From positions 23,994,001 to 24,058,000 of the forward strand of contig NC_042997.1 of NCBI RefSeq assembly GCF_006345805.1: a stretch of DNA of 64,000 nt. The letters run 5' to 3'. This document shows, piece after piece, positions 26,571 through 38,146 of this stretch. Below the pieces are notes generated by a model that was given only the letters and a program-made list of their open reading frames with translations, was not told where the DNA came from and did no database searches. The translations under genes were made by a program, and so were the position numbers. Positions within the stretch are counted from its first letter, which is position 1; the number at the start of each line of letters is the position of its first letter. The DNA comes from Octopus sinensis (Eukaryota).

Positions 26571-27140
26571 GTCTGAACGTATCTCTGTGAGGATGTGGGG
26601 GGATTGTCTGTGCGTGAAAAACATAAAAGGCACAAAATTACGATGGTGTGATCATATATGTTTGATAGTTATCTAACCGCTTCTGATGAAGTTTTATTTC
26701 CTTTCATTTCGTTTAATATTTATCGTTTATGTTCTTATCTTTTATTCCTGTCCTTTTCTTTTCACCTCACGTTGTCTTCATTTTTTAGCTTTCGGCACTT
26801 TTTCTTTTACCTTTTTTCTCTATGCTTTTTTTTTACTTCTTGTTGCTGTCGCCATTTTGCTTTGTAACACTGATGGAGGTATGTTGCTATTTGTTTATCT
26901 TCTTTTTGTTCTGCACTATGCAAAAATAAAAACGTGAACCTGCCTACACGTACGCTGGATAATGAAGGCAGGTATGGTGAAGTTCTTTTTTGATTTTCTT
27001 CTCTATGGGTTTTACCTGTCTATAGTGTTAAACTTGTTTTGAATATGAAAATACAAAAAATTTATAATCATGAGATTTGACATCTTGCATTTACAATATA
27101 TTTCTCATAACTTAGTTTATAACAATAAACTATATATAAT

Positions 27141-27629
27141 CATTTCTACTCTCGGCACAGGACCCGAAAGTTTTTGGGGAGTGGGGCCAGTCGATTAGAT
27201 CGACCTCTGTACGCAACTGGTACTTAAGTTATCGACTCCGAAAGGCAAAGTCAACCGCGGCGGAATTTGAACTCAGAACGTAAACACAGACAAAACACCG
27301 TTAAGCATTTCGCCCGGCGTGCTAACTTTTCTGGCAGCTCACCGCCTTAATAACCTATATACAATATATACTTTTCTACTCTAGGCGCCTCAATAACCTA
27401 TATATAATATATACTTTTATATACTTTTCTACTGTAGGTACAAGGCCCAAAATTTTTGTTCAGTCGATTAGATCGATCCCAGTACGCAACTGGTACTTAA
27501 TTTATTGACCCAGAAAGGATGAAAGGCAAAGTCGACCTCGGCGAAATTTGAACTCAGAACGTAAAGACAGAGGAAACACCGCTAAGCATTTCGCCCGGCC
27601 TGCTAACGTTTCTGCCAGCTCGCCGCCTT
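27141..27629 (-). mobile_element. Two tandem SINE B (B2 tail) copies separated by repeated target sequence
   Basis: Copies at ~27141-27348 and ~27420-27629. The 17-mer aataa(a/c)ctatata(t/c)aat occurs at 27124, 27349, 27392 and 27630. Confidence 0.88.
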
Positions 27630-27651
27630 AATAAACTATATATAATACATA

Positions 27652-27826
27652 CTAGTTGCTGTACCAGGCGTTGCCAAGATTTATTGAAAATACCAGAAAT
27701 ATTCACGTATCCGTATGACCTTTCCATTCAAAATATATTCCATATGCAACATCTCAGGGGCCAAAGTAACAACTGTGGCCGACAAATTGGAACATCTATA
27801 CACACACTCCTTTTTATAAAATAGGA
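27652..27826 (-). mobile_element. Short non-autonomous Helitron (175 bp), second family
   Basis: Minus strand: A|TCCTATTTTATAAAAAGGAG ... cttggcaacgcctggtacagcaaCTAG|T. Confidence 0.7.
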
Positions 27827-28579
27827 TTCCCACGTTCAGTATAGATATTCCGATTGTATCTGGAAACACGTTTTCCATTTCGCGGGCCTTTAAGGACAAA
27901 CTATGAGTCTAACTGCAGTTGAAGAAGGCGAATATCTTGCAGAATCGTTGGCACAAAAACAAAATGCTTTCTTGGCAACATGCCTTCCGGTTCCTTATAG
28001 TCTAAGTTCAAATTCTACCAAGGTCAACTTTCATTCGATTAAGTAGCAGTCAAGTACTGGGGTTGAGGCAATCGACTCTCACCTTCACCTCAAAACTTGT
28101 TCGCCTTAAAAGCTGCAGCGCACCGGCAGCCCTTTTCAGGGAATGCTTTGATTTCGATCTTTAGTACGCCATACAAGCCGGTTAACCGTCTTTATCTGTT
28201 CGAGGTTCGAGAAAGTCTGCAGCTGAAAAAGTTTTCAGAAGACAGATGCTTCTTTGTTAAATGTGGAACAAACGAACTGAAGGGCCCAGTGTCATGGCTA
28301 ATCTCTAGTAATGATAACTTATCACCATTTCAGGATGATCACTTATTTTGAAAACAATAGTCGGTGATGAAAGGTGGAGATATGAGTGAATCGGTAGGGT
28401 CTGAATGGAGCTGAAACGAAGCTAAGTAGTTCCGAGGATCGGTTAAGGGTACAATCCATTAAATTCGACCTGGGTATTTAATCGGTACTTTTCATTGAGA
28501 CTAAACCTTATTGCAAGATAATTTCCTTTTTGTTAGCTCTGAAATATAGAGGCTTCTGCCTAAGGTTTTCGTAGATCCT

Positions 28580-28830
28580 CTTAGATCGGTGAGATCGATG
28601 TGGTTTATTTTCTTCAGAGTCAGTTGGACGTTACAGGAAAAACTTAGACAGGAATGAGAAGGGATTCAGAGAAGTGATGTTTTGGAGGAAGGAATGGAAG
28701 AATTAATTAGTGCGAAGCATGAAAAGGAAAACGTAGACACAATGTGTATAATGAGAGGCGGGTAGAAAAGTAAATGGCTAAGGCTTGGTTAGAGGTGACA
28801 TGGAATCAGTCATTTCCGAGGGCAGTCTTC
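28580..28830 (-). mobile_element. Decayed CR1/L2-like LINE 3' end
   Basis: Minus strand gives a degenerate RTN..FFHSF...LNP...F pattern similar to the CR1/L2 C-terminus; many stops. Confidence 0.35.
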
Positions 28831-29747
28831 AACAGTAACGGTAGACAAAGCAAAGGGAGAAGATAACATAACTGTTAACCATAAATTGTATTATAAAAAA
28901 AAAAAACTTCATGCAAATCAGTGTGATACTGACATTCGGGGATTGTGGTCTAGGATGTTTGTATTTGTATAAACAGCACCGTCCCCAGCTATTGCAGTCG
29001 TATATGAAAGCCTGTGAGATATGAACTCAAAATGGAAAAGGATGTAACGAGAGGTTGCATATTTGCCCGCCGCTCAGGTGTTTCTTCATCCGGTATTTGA
29101 ACAATTCCTAATTAATTCTTTCTAATGTTGGCACACGGCAAGCAATTTTGAGATGGGAGGACCGGTCGAATACACCGAGCCTTCTCACCGAATGATACCT
29201 TTTTTTTTTTTGACCCCGAAAAGATGAAAAGCAAAGTTAACCTCGACCGTATTCCAACTCAGAACATAAAAAGCCAGCGCTTGATTATTTCTTATTTAAG
29301 AGCAGACTCATATCTTATTGTGGCTGCAATCGTTAAAAAAATGTAACCGGTACTTATTTTATCGACATCGGAATGATGTGGGGTAAAGACGGTCTCATGG
29401 AGATTTGAAAGCGGAACCGAAAGACATGCAACTAAACACCACTATGTATTTTTCTCTGACATTCTTGCATAATCAGCAATTTAGTTAGGAAAATACTATC
29501 GAGTTTGTCTTATATCTGGTAACTTATTTTGATCGACTCCAGGTGGATGAAAAGCCATGTTGACCTTCTAAGGATTTGAACACAGAACGTCAAGTGTGGA
29601 AAAATGCATAGAATTTTCTCGCACACTGTAATGTTTTGTCAAATAACAATTTTTCAATAATATATATTTTCCTGTTCCTTTAATTTTTCTTTCTTTTTCT
29701 CCATTATCTCTATATATAATTCGGCGGTAGCTTTACTTTTTCTTTAA

Positions 29748-30263
29748 CAACATTGCAAATATATGTTTCTTTACTGCCCACAAGGGGGCTACACACAGAG
29801 GGGATAAACTAGGACAGACAAACGAATTAAGTCGATTACATCGACCCCAGTGCGTAACTGGTACTTAATTTATCGACCCCGAAAAGATGAAAGGCAAAGT
29901 CGACCTCGGCGGAATTTGAACTCAGAACGTAACAGCAGACGAAATACGGCAACGTATTTCGTCCGGCGTGCTAACGGTTTTGCCAGCTCGCCGCCCTCAA
30001 CATTGCAAATATATGTTTCTTTATTATCCACAAGGGGCTAGACACAGAGGGGACAAACTAGAACAGACAAACGAATTAAGTCGATTACATCGACCTCAGT
30101 GCGTAACTGGCACTTAATTTATCGACCCCGAAAGGATGAAAGGCAAAGTCGACCTCGGCGGAATTTGAACTCAGAACGTAACGGCAGACGAAATACGGCT
30201 AGGTATTTCGCCCGGCGTTCTAACGGTTCTGCCAGCTCGCCGCCCTCAACATTGCAAATATAT
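29748..30263 (-). mobile_element. SINE B tandem dimer: TSD-SINE-TSD-SINE-TSD
   Basis: 17-bp caacattgcaaatatat at 29748, 29998 and 30247. Full SINE B copies at 29765-29997 and 30015-30246. Confidence 0.95.
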
Positions 30264-30347
30264 ACACATAAAAATATACATACAAAAGCGTGCACACATA
30301 CACACATATAAGCCCCCTACACAGATATAAGCCTCTACACAGATATA

Positions 30348-30558
30348 CAGGGTGCGGCAGAAATACCTCCCACATTTTAAACTTTCACTTATGTGTTGCT
30401 AATGAACTTATGCAAGTGACAATGTTGTTTTCATTTAGCTAATGAACAAGAACTGTAACCCTTTGTTTAAACAAAAGTAAAATTAATTTTTCATAAATGT
30501 GTTTGTTTTTTCCTTTAGTCAACCTTTCAAATATGGGAGTTATTTCTGCCGCACCCTG
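30348..30558. mobile_element. Tc1/mariner-type MITE (211 bp)
   Basis: TIR cagggtgcggcagaaata(c/a)ctccca(c/t)attt, TA on both sides. Confidence 0.92.
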
Positions 30559-30584
30559 TATGTGTATATATGTACACACACGCG

Positions 30585-30631
<47 letters not shown>

Positions 30632-30654
30632 TCTGCCTGTGAGGGAGAGAAACA

Positions 30655-30690
<36 letters not shown>

Positions 30691-30691
30691 G

Positions 30692-30745
<54 letters not shown>

Positions 30746-31696
30746 AGAGGATAAACATCAAACAATTATTTCTGTGTTTCGGTCTAGGTTTCTTGTGTGT
30801 CCTATATCTTTTAGCTATCACCAAGTGTCATCTTAGTATTAAACTTCAAAAGCAGATCTTTCAAGCCTTCTGAGTTGTCCCATTCAAATAGACCTTTTCG
30901 CACACAAATAAGTCAAACGCTTATACATGAGGATGGGTGTGTTTTGTGTGTGGCCAGATATGCATATATTTATGGGAATGTAGGTGTATAGTAATACGTA
31001 AAAGGTTTCAGGTATATAAATATGCATTATGTATATATGTGTGCGTTTGTATGTATAGAGGTAAACAGATGCGCGCGCACACACACACATAATGTACATA
31101 ATTTTGTACATATAATGAATATAGTATATTTTATATATACAAAAAGATATGTAACTGAATGATTATCATCATCAAGTCTTCGGTTGGCAAACGTCCGTTT
31201 TTTCAAAACATGTCCTGGATTCAGGTCCCAAAAACTGTACAGGAAAATTATTTTAAATTCCCCATAAAGTTGGGAACTTCACCTCACGTTTTACACCATA
31301 TACATATACATATATATATATCAGGACCGAATTTAAGCCATGGTAGGGGGCGCACTTTTAACACGAGTTAAAATCTTAGAAAATTGCCAATCTCAAAACC
31401 CATTTCAAATAACTGAATTTGAAGAGTTAACAAAGAAAGTTTAAATAAATGACTGAAAAATATCGCTTTGTAGATACACTTTTTCAAAATTCAAGTTTCG
31501 TTTTTCACACATTCACTCGCGGTGTTTGAGTTTTCCTTCAATGTGAAAAATGCAATGAAGGAGGGAAGATTGAGGTAATTTTTTTTTATCTTTTAATGTG
31601 AGTTACATGTTTCAGAATGTAGAATAAGATAAAAATGAATTGCAAAATAGGAAAAAAAGAAAAATTTTTGTGGTTGTTGCTCTTACAAAGCCATGA

Positions 31697-32445
31697 TCAG
31701 TGTGCGTGAGTGTGTGAGAGAAAGAGAGAAAGAGTGAGATATAAAGAGAGAGAGAAAGAAAGAGAGAGAGAGAGAGAGTGATGTGTGTGTGTGTGTGCTT
31801 GAGAGTGTGTGTGGTGTGTGGTGTGTTGTGTGTGTGTGTGTGGAGAGAAGAGGGAGAGAGAGAAAAGAAAGAGGAACAGAGGGAAGAGTGAGATAAAGAG
31901 AGAGAGAAGAAAGAGAGAGAGAGAGAGGAGAGTGTGTGTTGTGTGTGTTGAGTGTGTGTGGTGTGTGTGTGTGTGTGTGAGAGAAAGAGAGAAAGAGTGA
32001 GATATAAGAGAGAGAGAAAGAAAGAGAGAGAGAGAGAGTGAGTGTGTGTGTGTGTGTTGAGTTGTGATGTGTGTGTGTGTGTGTGTGTGTGTGTTGTGTG
32101 TTGTGTGAGAGAGAGAGAGAAGAGAGAAAGAGTGAGAGATATAAAGAGAGAGAGAAGAAAGAGAGAGAGAGAGTGAGTGAGTGAGTGAGTGTGGTGTGTG
32201 TTTGAGTGGGTGGTGTGTTTGTGTGTGTGTGTGTTGTGTGGTGTTGTGTGTGAGAGAAGAGAGAAAGAGTGAGATATAAAGAGAAGAGAGAGAGAAGAGA
32301 CGAGAGAGAGTGAGTGTGTGTTGTGTGTGTTTGAGTGTTGTGTGTGTGTGTGTGTGTGAGAGAAAGAGAGAAAGAGTGAGTGAGATATAAAGAGAGAGAG
32401 AAAGAAGAAGAGAGAGAGAGAGAGAGTGAGTGTGTGTGTGTGTTT

Positions 32446-32488
<43 letters not shown>

Positions 32489-32559
32489 AGAAAGAGAGAA
32501 AGAGTGAGATATAAAGAGAGAGAGAAAGAAAGAGAGAGAGTGAGTGTGTGTGTGTGTTT

Positions 32560-32601
<42 letters not shown>

Positions 32602-32640
32602 ATGTGTGTGTAAGAGAGAGAGAGAGAGGTGATAGAGATA
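31697..32640. repeat. Higher-order (GA)/(GT) minisatellite, ~7 units of 110-150 bp
   Basis: The marker agagtgagatataaagagag recurs at about 31735, 31888, 32000, 32135, 32270, 32381 and 32505 within alternating GA and GT blocks. Confidence 0.9.
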
Positions 32641-33088
32641 CCAACATTTAAAAGACATGCATTTTAAAATTCTTCTTTTAGAACGGCTTCCCTTCACTGT
32701 TTTTCAATGCATGAAAAAAAAATAATAAATAACATAAAGAGCAGGAGAAATCCCTACAAAAACCGAGAAATTCAAACAACTATTTCCGAAATTCTGTTTT
32801 TCCAGTTTCCGGTAAGAGTATGTTGGGCACTATGAGTAATATTTACAGCATTTTTGACGTTGAAGAAAATATATCTATTACAAATGTTCATTAACTTGCC
32901 AAAATGTCTTGAGTGCTACATATCCTTCCTAACAGGGCTCCCACCAATATCCAGATGCCTGGTACGATTGGATCTCCACTCCACCCCTATAAATCCGGCC
33001 AGTTTATATATATATAATATATATATATATATATTATATATATATTATATATATATATATATTATATATATATATATATATATGTGTG

Positions 33089-33411
33089 TAGGCGCAGAAG
33101 TGGCTGAGTGGTAATTTGGTTCCGGGTTCAGTCCCACTGCGTGGCACCTGGGCAAGTGTCTTCTACTATAGACTCGGAAACTGAAAGAAGCCCGTCGTAT
33201 ATATGTATATATATATGTATGTGTGTGTATATATTTGTGTCTGTGTTCGTCCCCCCAACATCGCTTGACATGGTGTGTTTACGTCTCCGTAACTTAGCGG
33301 TTCGGCAAAAGCGACCGATAGAATAAGTACTAGGCATACAAAGAATAAGTCCTGGGGTCGATTTGCTCGACTAAAGGCGGTGCTCCAGCATTGGCCGCAA
33401 TCAAATGACTG
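33089..33411 (+). mobile_element. SINE family C with deletions, in (TA)n
   Basis: Head taggcgcagaagtggctg; tail ends at ...caaatgactg; TA tracts on both sides. Confidence 0.9.
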
Positions 33412-33427
33412 ATTGTAATATAATATA

Positions 33428-33476
<49 letters not shown>

Positions 33477-33652
33477 TATACAAATTGAGATAGGGGTTGT
33501 AAATGCAACCCTCCATGGGATAACATATATCCAATATACTGCTAGTGAAGTAACCAACAAAGTTAATACATAAATGTTAAGGATTGCGATGCAATCAATT
33601 CATTTACTGTATTATATGGGCAAAGGTAAAATGATTTACCACAAATTACTAA

Positions 33653-33768
33653 TACAAGGTAAGAAAATGGAGAAATACATCTAAATCAAATATCAATTAT
33701 CAGTGATTGAGTATTTTCTGATAATTGATATTTGATTTAGATGTATTTCTCCATTTTCTTATCTTGTA
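33653..33768. repeat. Fold-back: 44-bp perfect arms (33660-33703/33718-33761), 14-nt loop, extendable to ~51 bp with one mismatch
   Basis: taagaaaatggagaaatacatctaaatcaaatatcaattatcag and its exact reverse complement. Confidence 0.95.
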
Positions 33769-34915
33769 TATATATATATATATATATACAAGTAATATAT
33801 ATATATATATACAAGTAATATATATATATATACAAATATGAGTTAGAAGCAGATTGAGTGTTGTGAACAATATCAAACACACATACATAATATATGTGCT
33901 TTGGTGATGGTTCTCTCAATTTGCCGGGTGTTAAAACACCTGAATGTTAGTCAAAAGCAGGCGAGACAACTCACGCCAAGTTCCGTTCAGGAGCGAAGGA
34001 CATCAATGTTTCATCAGTTTTGTGACTTATCAACATCACGTACCCGGACCGAACGGGAGATAAATTGAATAGCCTGCCCATGACTATATGTAAAATGGAG
34101 TAAGAACCATCTGCTGGTGTGCCCCAAATGATGCATACGTAGTAATAAATTCAAATATGACTGAGAAACAGCTCGATTGTTGTAAACAATATCGAACACG
34201 TATACACAGTACATGTGCTTTGCTCGTTCTGTAACACAAACTGTCTTCAGTTTATACATTTCAGATCTCAAACGTTACGCATTAAATAATAGTTTAAAAT
34301 ATTATTACTTGATTTGACTTCATTATTAAAAACTATACGACATCATGCAAGCACAAATTAGTCTATCCTGACTCCATTTACGCAGATACTCTATCAATGT
34401 TTTTGGAGTAGTTTGTTGTATTTGATTCGAGTCGAAACTTCTGGTATTGTTCATTGCTTCTTAGCAAAATAGGAAATAGTCCGGGATTCTGACTATTTAG
34501 TTATGGCAACCTTAATCCAGTCGTCTTCCAGTGTATCATGTATAGCGTTTAAGCCACCACTATACTTAGTAGTATTACTAGTTATGACATAGAAAACAAA
34601 TGTAGGATAAATTATGATAAACACAAATTTATATGTTTGACTATTGTGGTTGTTTGGAACTCTGCACTGAACGTTCCAAATGTAATTGGTTGCTTGACCA
34701 CGGTATATCATGTGAGGAATACTTTGTTGCAATTTGTCACAGAGAACTAGTCTCAAGTGGGATAGACGTGGAGATTTTTATGACTATTTTGTCACTTCCA
34801 TCGCTGAAAAACCATTTTTGAATTCAAATAGCATCTATTTATCAGATATGGGTCTGATCTAAGCTCACTTTAAAAGTGTAAAATCGATATGAATTTAATC
34901 AGTCTGGTATAAAGT

Positions 34916-35302
34916 GGTGGAAGCACTCCATCGGTTACGGAGACGAGGGTTCCGGTTGATCCGATCAACGGAACAGCCTGCTCGTGAAATTAACGTGTAA
35001 GTGGCTGAGCACTCCACAGACACGTGTACCCTTAACGCAGTTCTCGGGGATATTCAGTGTGACACAGAGAGAGACAAGGCCGGCCCTTTGAAATACAGGT
35101 ACAACAGAAACAGGAAGTAAGAGTGAGAGAAAGTTGTGGTGAAAGAGTACAGCAGGGATCACCACCATCCCTGCCGGAGCCTCGTGGAGCTTTTAGATGT
35201 TTTCGCTCAATAAACACTCACAACGCCCGGTCTGGGAATCGAAACCGCGATCCTACGACCGCGAGTCCGCTGCCCTAACCACTGGGCCATTGCGCCTCCA
35301 CT
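34916..35302 (-). mobile_element. SINE family D, full length
   Basis: 11-bp TSD tggtataaagt at 34905-34915 and 35303-35313. Confidence 0.95.
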
Positions 35303-35739
35303 TGGTATAAAGTACTCTGCACAGAAAGAAAAATGAAACATTAGATTACAAAACTTAATGCATATTTTATTGTAAACACTGAAAAAAATAACCTCCAAGT
35401 GATCATGTTAAAAAATGTGACAGAACTTTGTTATGAACCTAATATATTAAATTATATCCATATGTATGTGGGGGGAAGTTTTCAATTCCAATAGGAAAGA
35501 GTTTATCTTGAACCACAACATCGTTTCAGCACAAGCGTAGTGCGTGATAGGCGGAAATGTAGAAGCTCGTCAGTGAAAATGTAGCTGTTATCCGACAGAG
35601 CAGAGTAACGCTGAGACGGCAGGAAGTTTACGTCAAGAGTATAAGCATATGTGGGAATGTTCAGCGAGTTTCTCTATAATACACTCAATGAATAGCTATT
35701 TCCGCTGCTCGGCACATTCGAAACTGACACTAGACCCAT

Positions 35740-35780
35740 ATATACATATATATATATATTTATGCATATATGTATGTATG

Positions 35781-35829
<49 letters not shown>

Positions 35830-35856
35830 ATATATATATTTATGCATATATGTATG

Positions 35857-35898
<42 letters not shown>

Positions 35899-35926
35899 GT
35901 GTGTGTGTGTGTGTGTGTGTGTGTGT

Positions 35927-35957
<31 letters not shown>

Positions 35958-36260
35958 ATGATGTATGTATGTATGTATGTATGTAGTATGTATGTATGTA
36001 TGTATGATGTATGTATGTATGTATGTATGTATGCATGTATATATATATACATATACAAATATGTATATACTTATATATGTATGTATGTATGTATGCATGT
36101 ATATATATATACATATACAAATATGTATATACTTATATATGTATGTATGTATATACGTATGTATGTATATATGTATCTATCTATGTGTGTATGCGCGTGT
36201 GCGTGCGTGCTCATGTGTGTGTGTCTTCGTGTGTTTTGGTATCAATATATGTATGAATGT
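35740..36260. repeat. Compound microsatellite (TA),(TG),(TATG)
   Basis: Visible low-complexity repeats. Confidence 0.92.
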
Positions 36261-36589
36261 ATGTATAGTTGTATTGTACCCACGGAAAATACCTTCACTT
36301 TCCTTCAGCACTAAAAATAATTATCAAATATAGGCAGAAAGTCACAATAGTTGGGTGTGAGAAAATCGTCGGTAACATGTACTCCAATAAGTAAATGGGG
36401 CCTTTTTTTTTATCAATATCTGTAGAAATAGAAATAGGTAAAATTTACTTTGCTGCGATTCGAAATATAAAGGGACGTAATTTACAAATTGTTTTTTAGC
36501 ATAGATACCAGGTCATCCTCCATCTTTACGAATGTAATATATTATTATACGCCATACTGCTGTTTAATGATATAAGTGCTGAAACGCAG

Positions 36590-36862
36590 ATTCCAGGTTA
36601 AAACGTCACATGTAAAAAGACAGGAAAAAGTCACGGAAAAAGTCACAGGAAAATATCACAGGTGCTTTGTCGGAGGTGAGGTTGTCCGAAAGGACTTGTC
36701 TTAGGAGGGTTTTGTCCGGATCCCATAAATTAATTGTGACTTTTTTTTCCTATGACTATATTACCGGCCACCATAAATTGATTATGACTTTTTTTTCCTA
36801 GCCAAAGTTGTGACTTTATTACTGTGACTTTTTTACCCTGTGACTTTATTATTGGTCACGGA
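36590..36862. mobile_element. Unclassified MITE-like element with inverted subterminal repeat arrays
   Basis: Left aaaaagtcac(a/g)gg repeats face right-hand tgtgacttttt repeats. The middle carries ggttttgtccg motifs like those of the 12336 element. Confidence 0.5.
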
Positions 36863-36925
36863 AACGATACTCTAAAAGAAAATGAAAACAATTTCCACCC
36901 GTTTTACTGGTTCCCAGTTCAGAAT

Positions 36926-37208
36926 TAGAATAATAATAATAGTAATAATAATTGTGTACAGTGCTCAGGTGCACTACAACTCATCTAAAGTGTATGTATA
37001 ATCAGGTGTAGTTTCGGCGGATTTCAGAAAGCATGAGGGCCTTAAAGGATGCAGTGTCATGGCAGTCAACAACTGACGCAGGCAGTTTATTCCATGCTTC
37101 AGCAACTCTGAGCGTGAAAAAAATGTTTCCGAAAGTCATGGTAGCTGTGCTGTTTTCTGACTTTGTAGGCATGTCCACGTGTGTTAGACACATGGAGATC
37201 AAAAAGGT
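36926..37208 (-). mobile_element. CR1-clade LINE 3' end, 5'-truncated, (ATT)n tail
   Basis: NTRGHAYKVRKQ...FRKHFF/TLRVAEAWNKLPASVV...FK motif. 9-bp TSD gttcagaat at 36917-36925 and 37209-37217. Confidence 0.92.
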
Positions 37209-37597
37209 GTTCAGAATATAGATGTCAACATTAAATTTTAGAAGTTCTTTTGTCAATTACGAAAATTAATATACCAACATAATGAATTAACACAATGCAA
37301 CATGAACGAATGTGAACGCAACGATGTAGGCACTTGACCCGATAGTAATAGGAATTTCAATTTAAATTTCAAGTTTTCAAATTTCTATTAATAACAGTAA
37401 CGATTTCTGATAAAAACTACTAAAACCATTAGTTTGATGGGAGGTTTATAGTCAATTAGGTCCTCGCCAGTATTTCGATGGAACTTGTTTTATGGACCCA
37501 CAAATGATGGAAGGCGAGTTCGAAACTGGTAGGATTTGAGTTCAGAACATAAACTGCACAAGGCCACACCATTTTCATTAGATTTAATAAAACTGTA

Positions 37598-38146
37598 CAG
37601 TATTTACTCGTGTATGAGTGGCACAATTTTAGACTTGATTTTAAATGTTAAAACTGAGGTATGACTTATACTCAGGGCAAAGTTGAAAAATGAAGGAAAA
37701 ATAGATCTTTTCGGTTTGAACGGCAGTTTTTTAAAATAATTTCCACGTAACTATAAACACTTTTAAACTTCGTATACTGGTAGAATGTGTTTATAAAACA
37801 TATTTTTTCTCTTGGATTTATTGAGAAAATTCTATAGTTTGTAAGTTATTTGTTGTTTTTTCTTCAATTTCTGCAATTTCAACCAATCAATGACGTCTAT
37901 TGAGGTAAATATGAATATGTCCCTCGTTTAAGAAACAGATTGGGTTTATTTACATTTGTGAAGAAAGAAAGATACCCTTCCTCCCACCCTAACCCTAAAA
38001 CAGATTGAAATGCAATAGATCGATACTAAGGTCATAATTATGGGTGACAATTTCATACGACACCGCTAGAAAAAACTGCCAGTCAAAGCGAAAAGATCAG
38101 AAAAAATAATGAATTATTGATGCGATTTATACACGAGTAAATATGG
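37598..38146. mobile_element. pogo/Tigger-like MITE hosting a nested element
   Basis: TIRs cagtatttactcgtgtat and the reverse complement of atacacgagtaaatatgg, TA flanks. Confidence 0.75.
37703..38099 (-). mobile_element. GG-terminal MITE with 8-bp TSD and CCCTAA repeats (Merlin-like candidate), copy 1
   Basis: TIR gatcttttcggtttgaacggcag; TSD ggaaaaat/gaaaaaat (7/8). Reverse-complement homologue of 48681-49103. Confidence 0.85.

Noticed and set aside
28097-28351. 84-aa ORF in complex sequence
   Set aside because: TTG start, no convincing splice sites in frame, abuts a decayed SINE, and no recognisable domain.
31320-31360. hAT-like start caggaccgaatttaagcc
   Set aside because: No partner TIR or TSD identified.
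31612-32697. 361-aa and 316-aa ORFs (longest in the track)
   Set aside because: They are translations of GA/GT microsatellite (HT/SL repeats). Stops are absent because of base composition.
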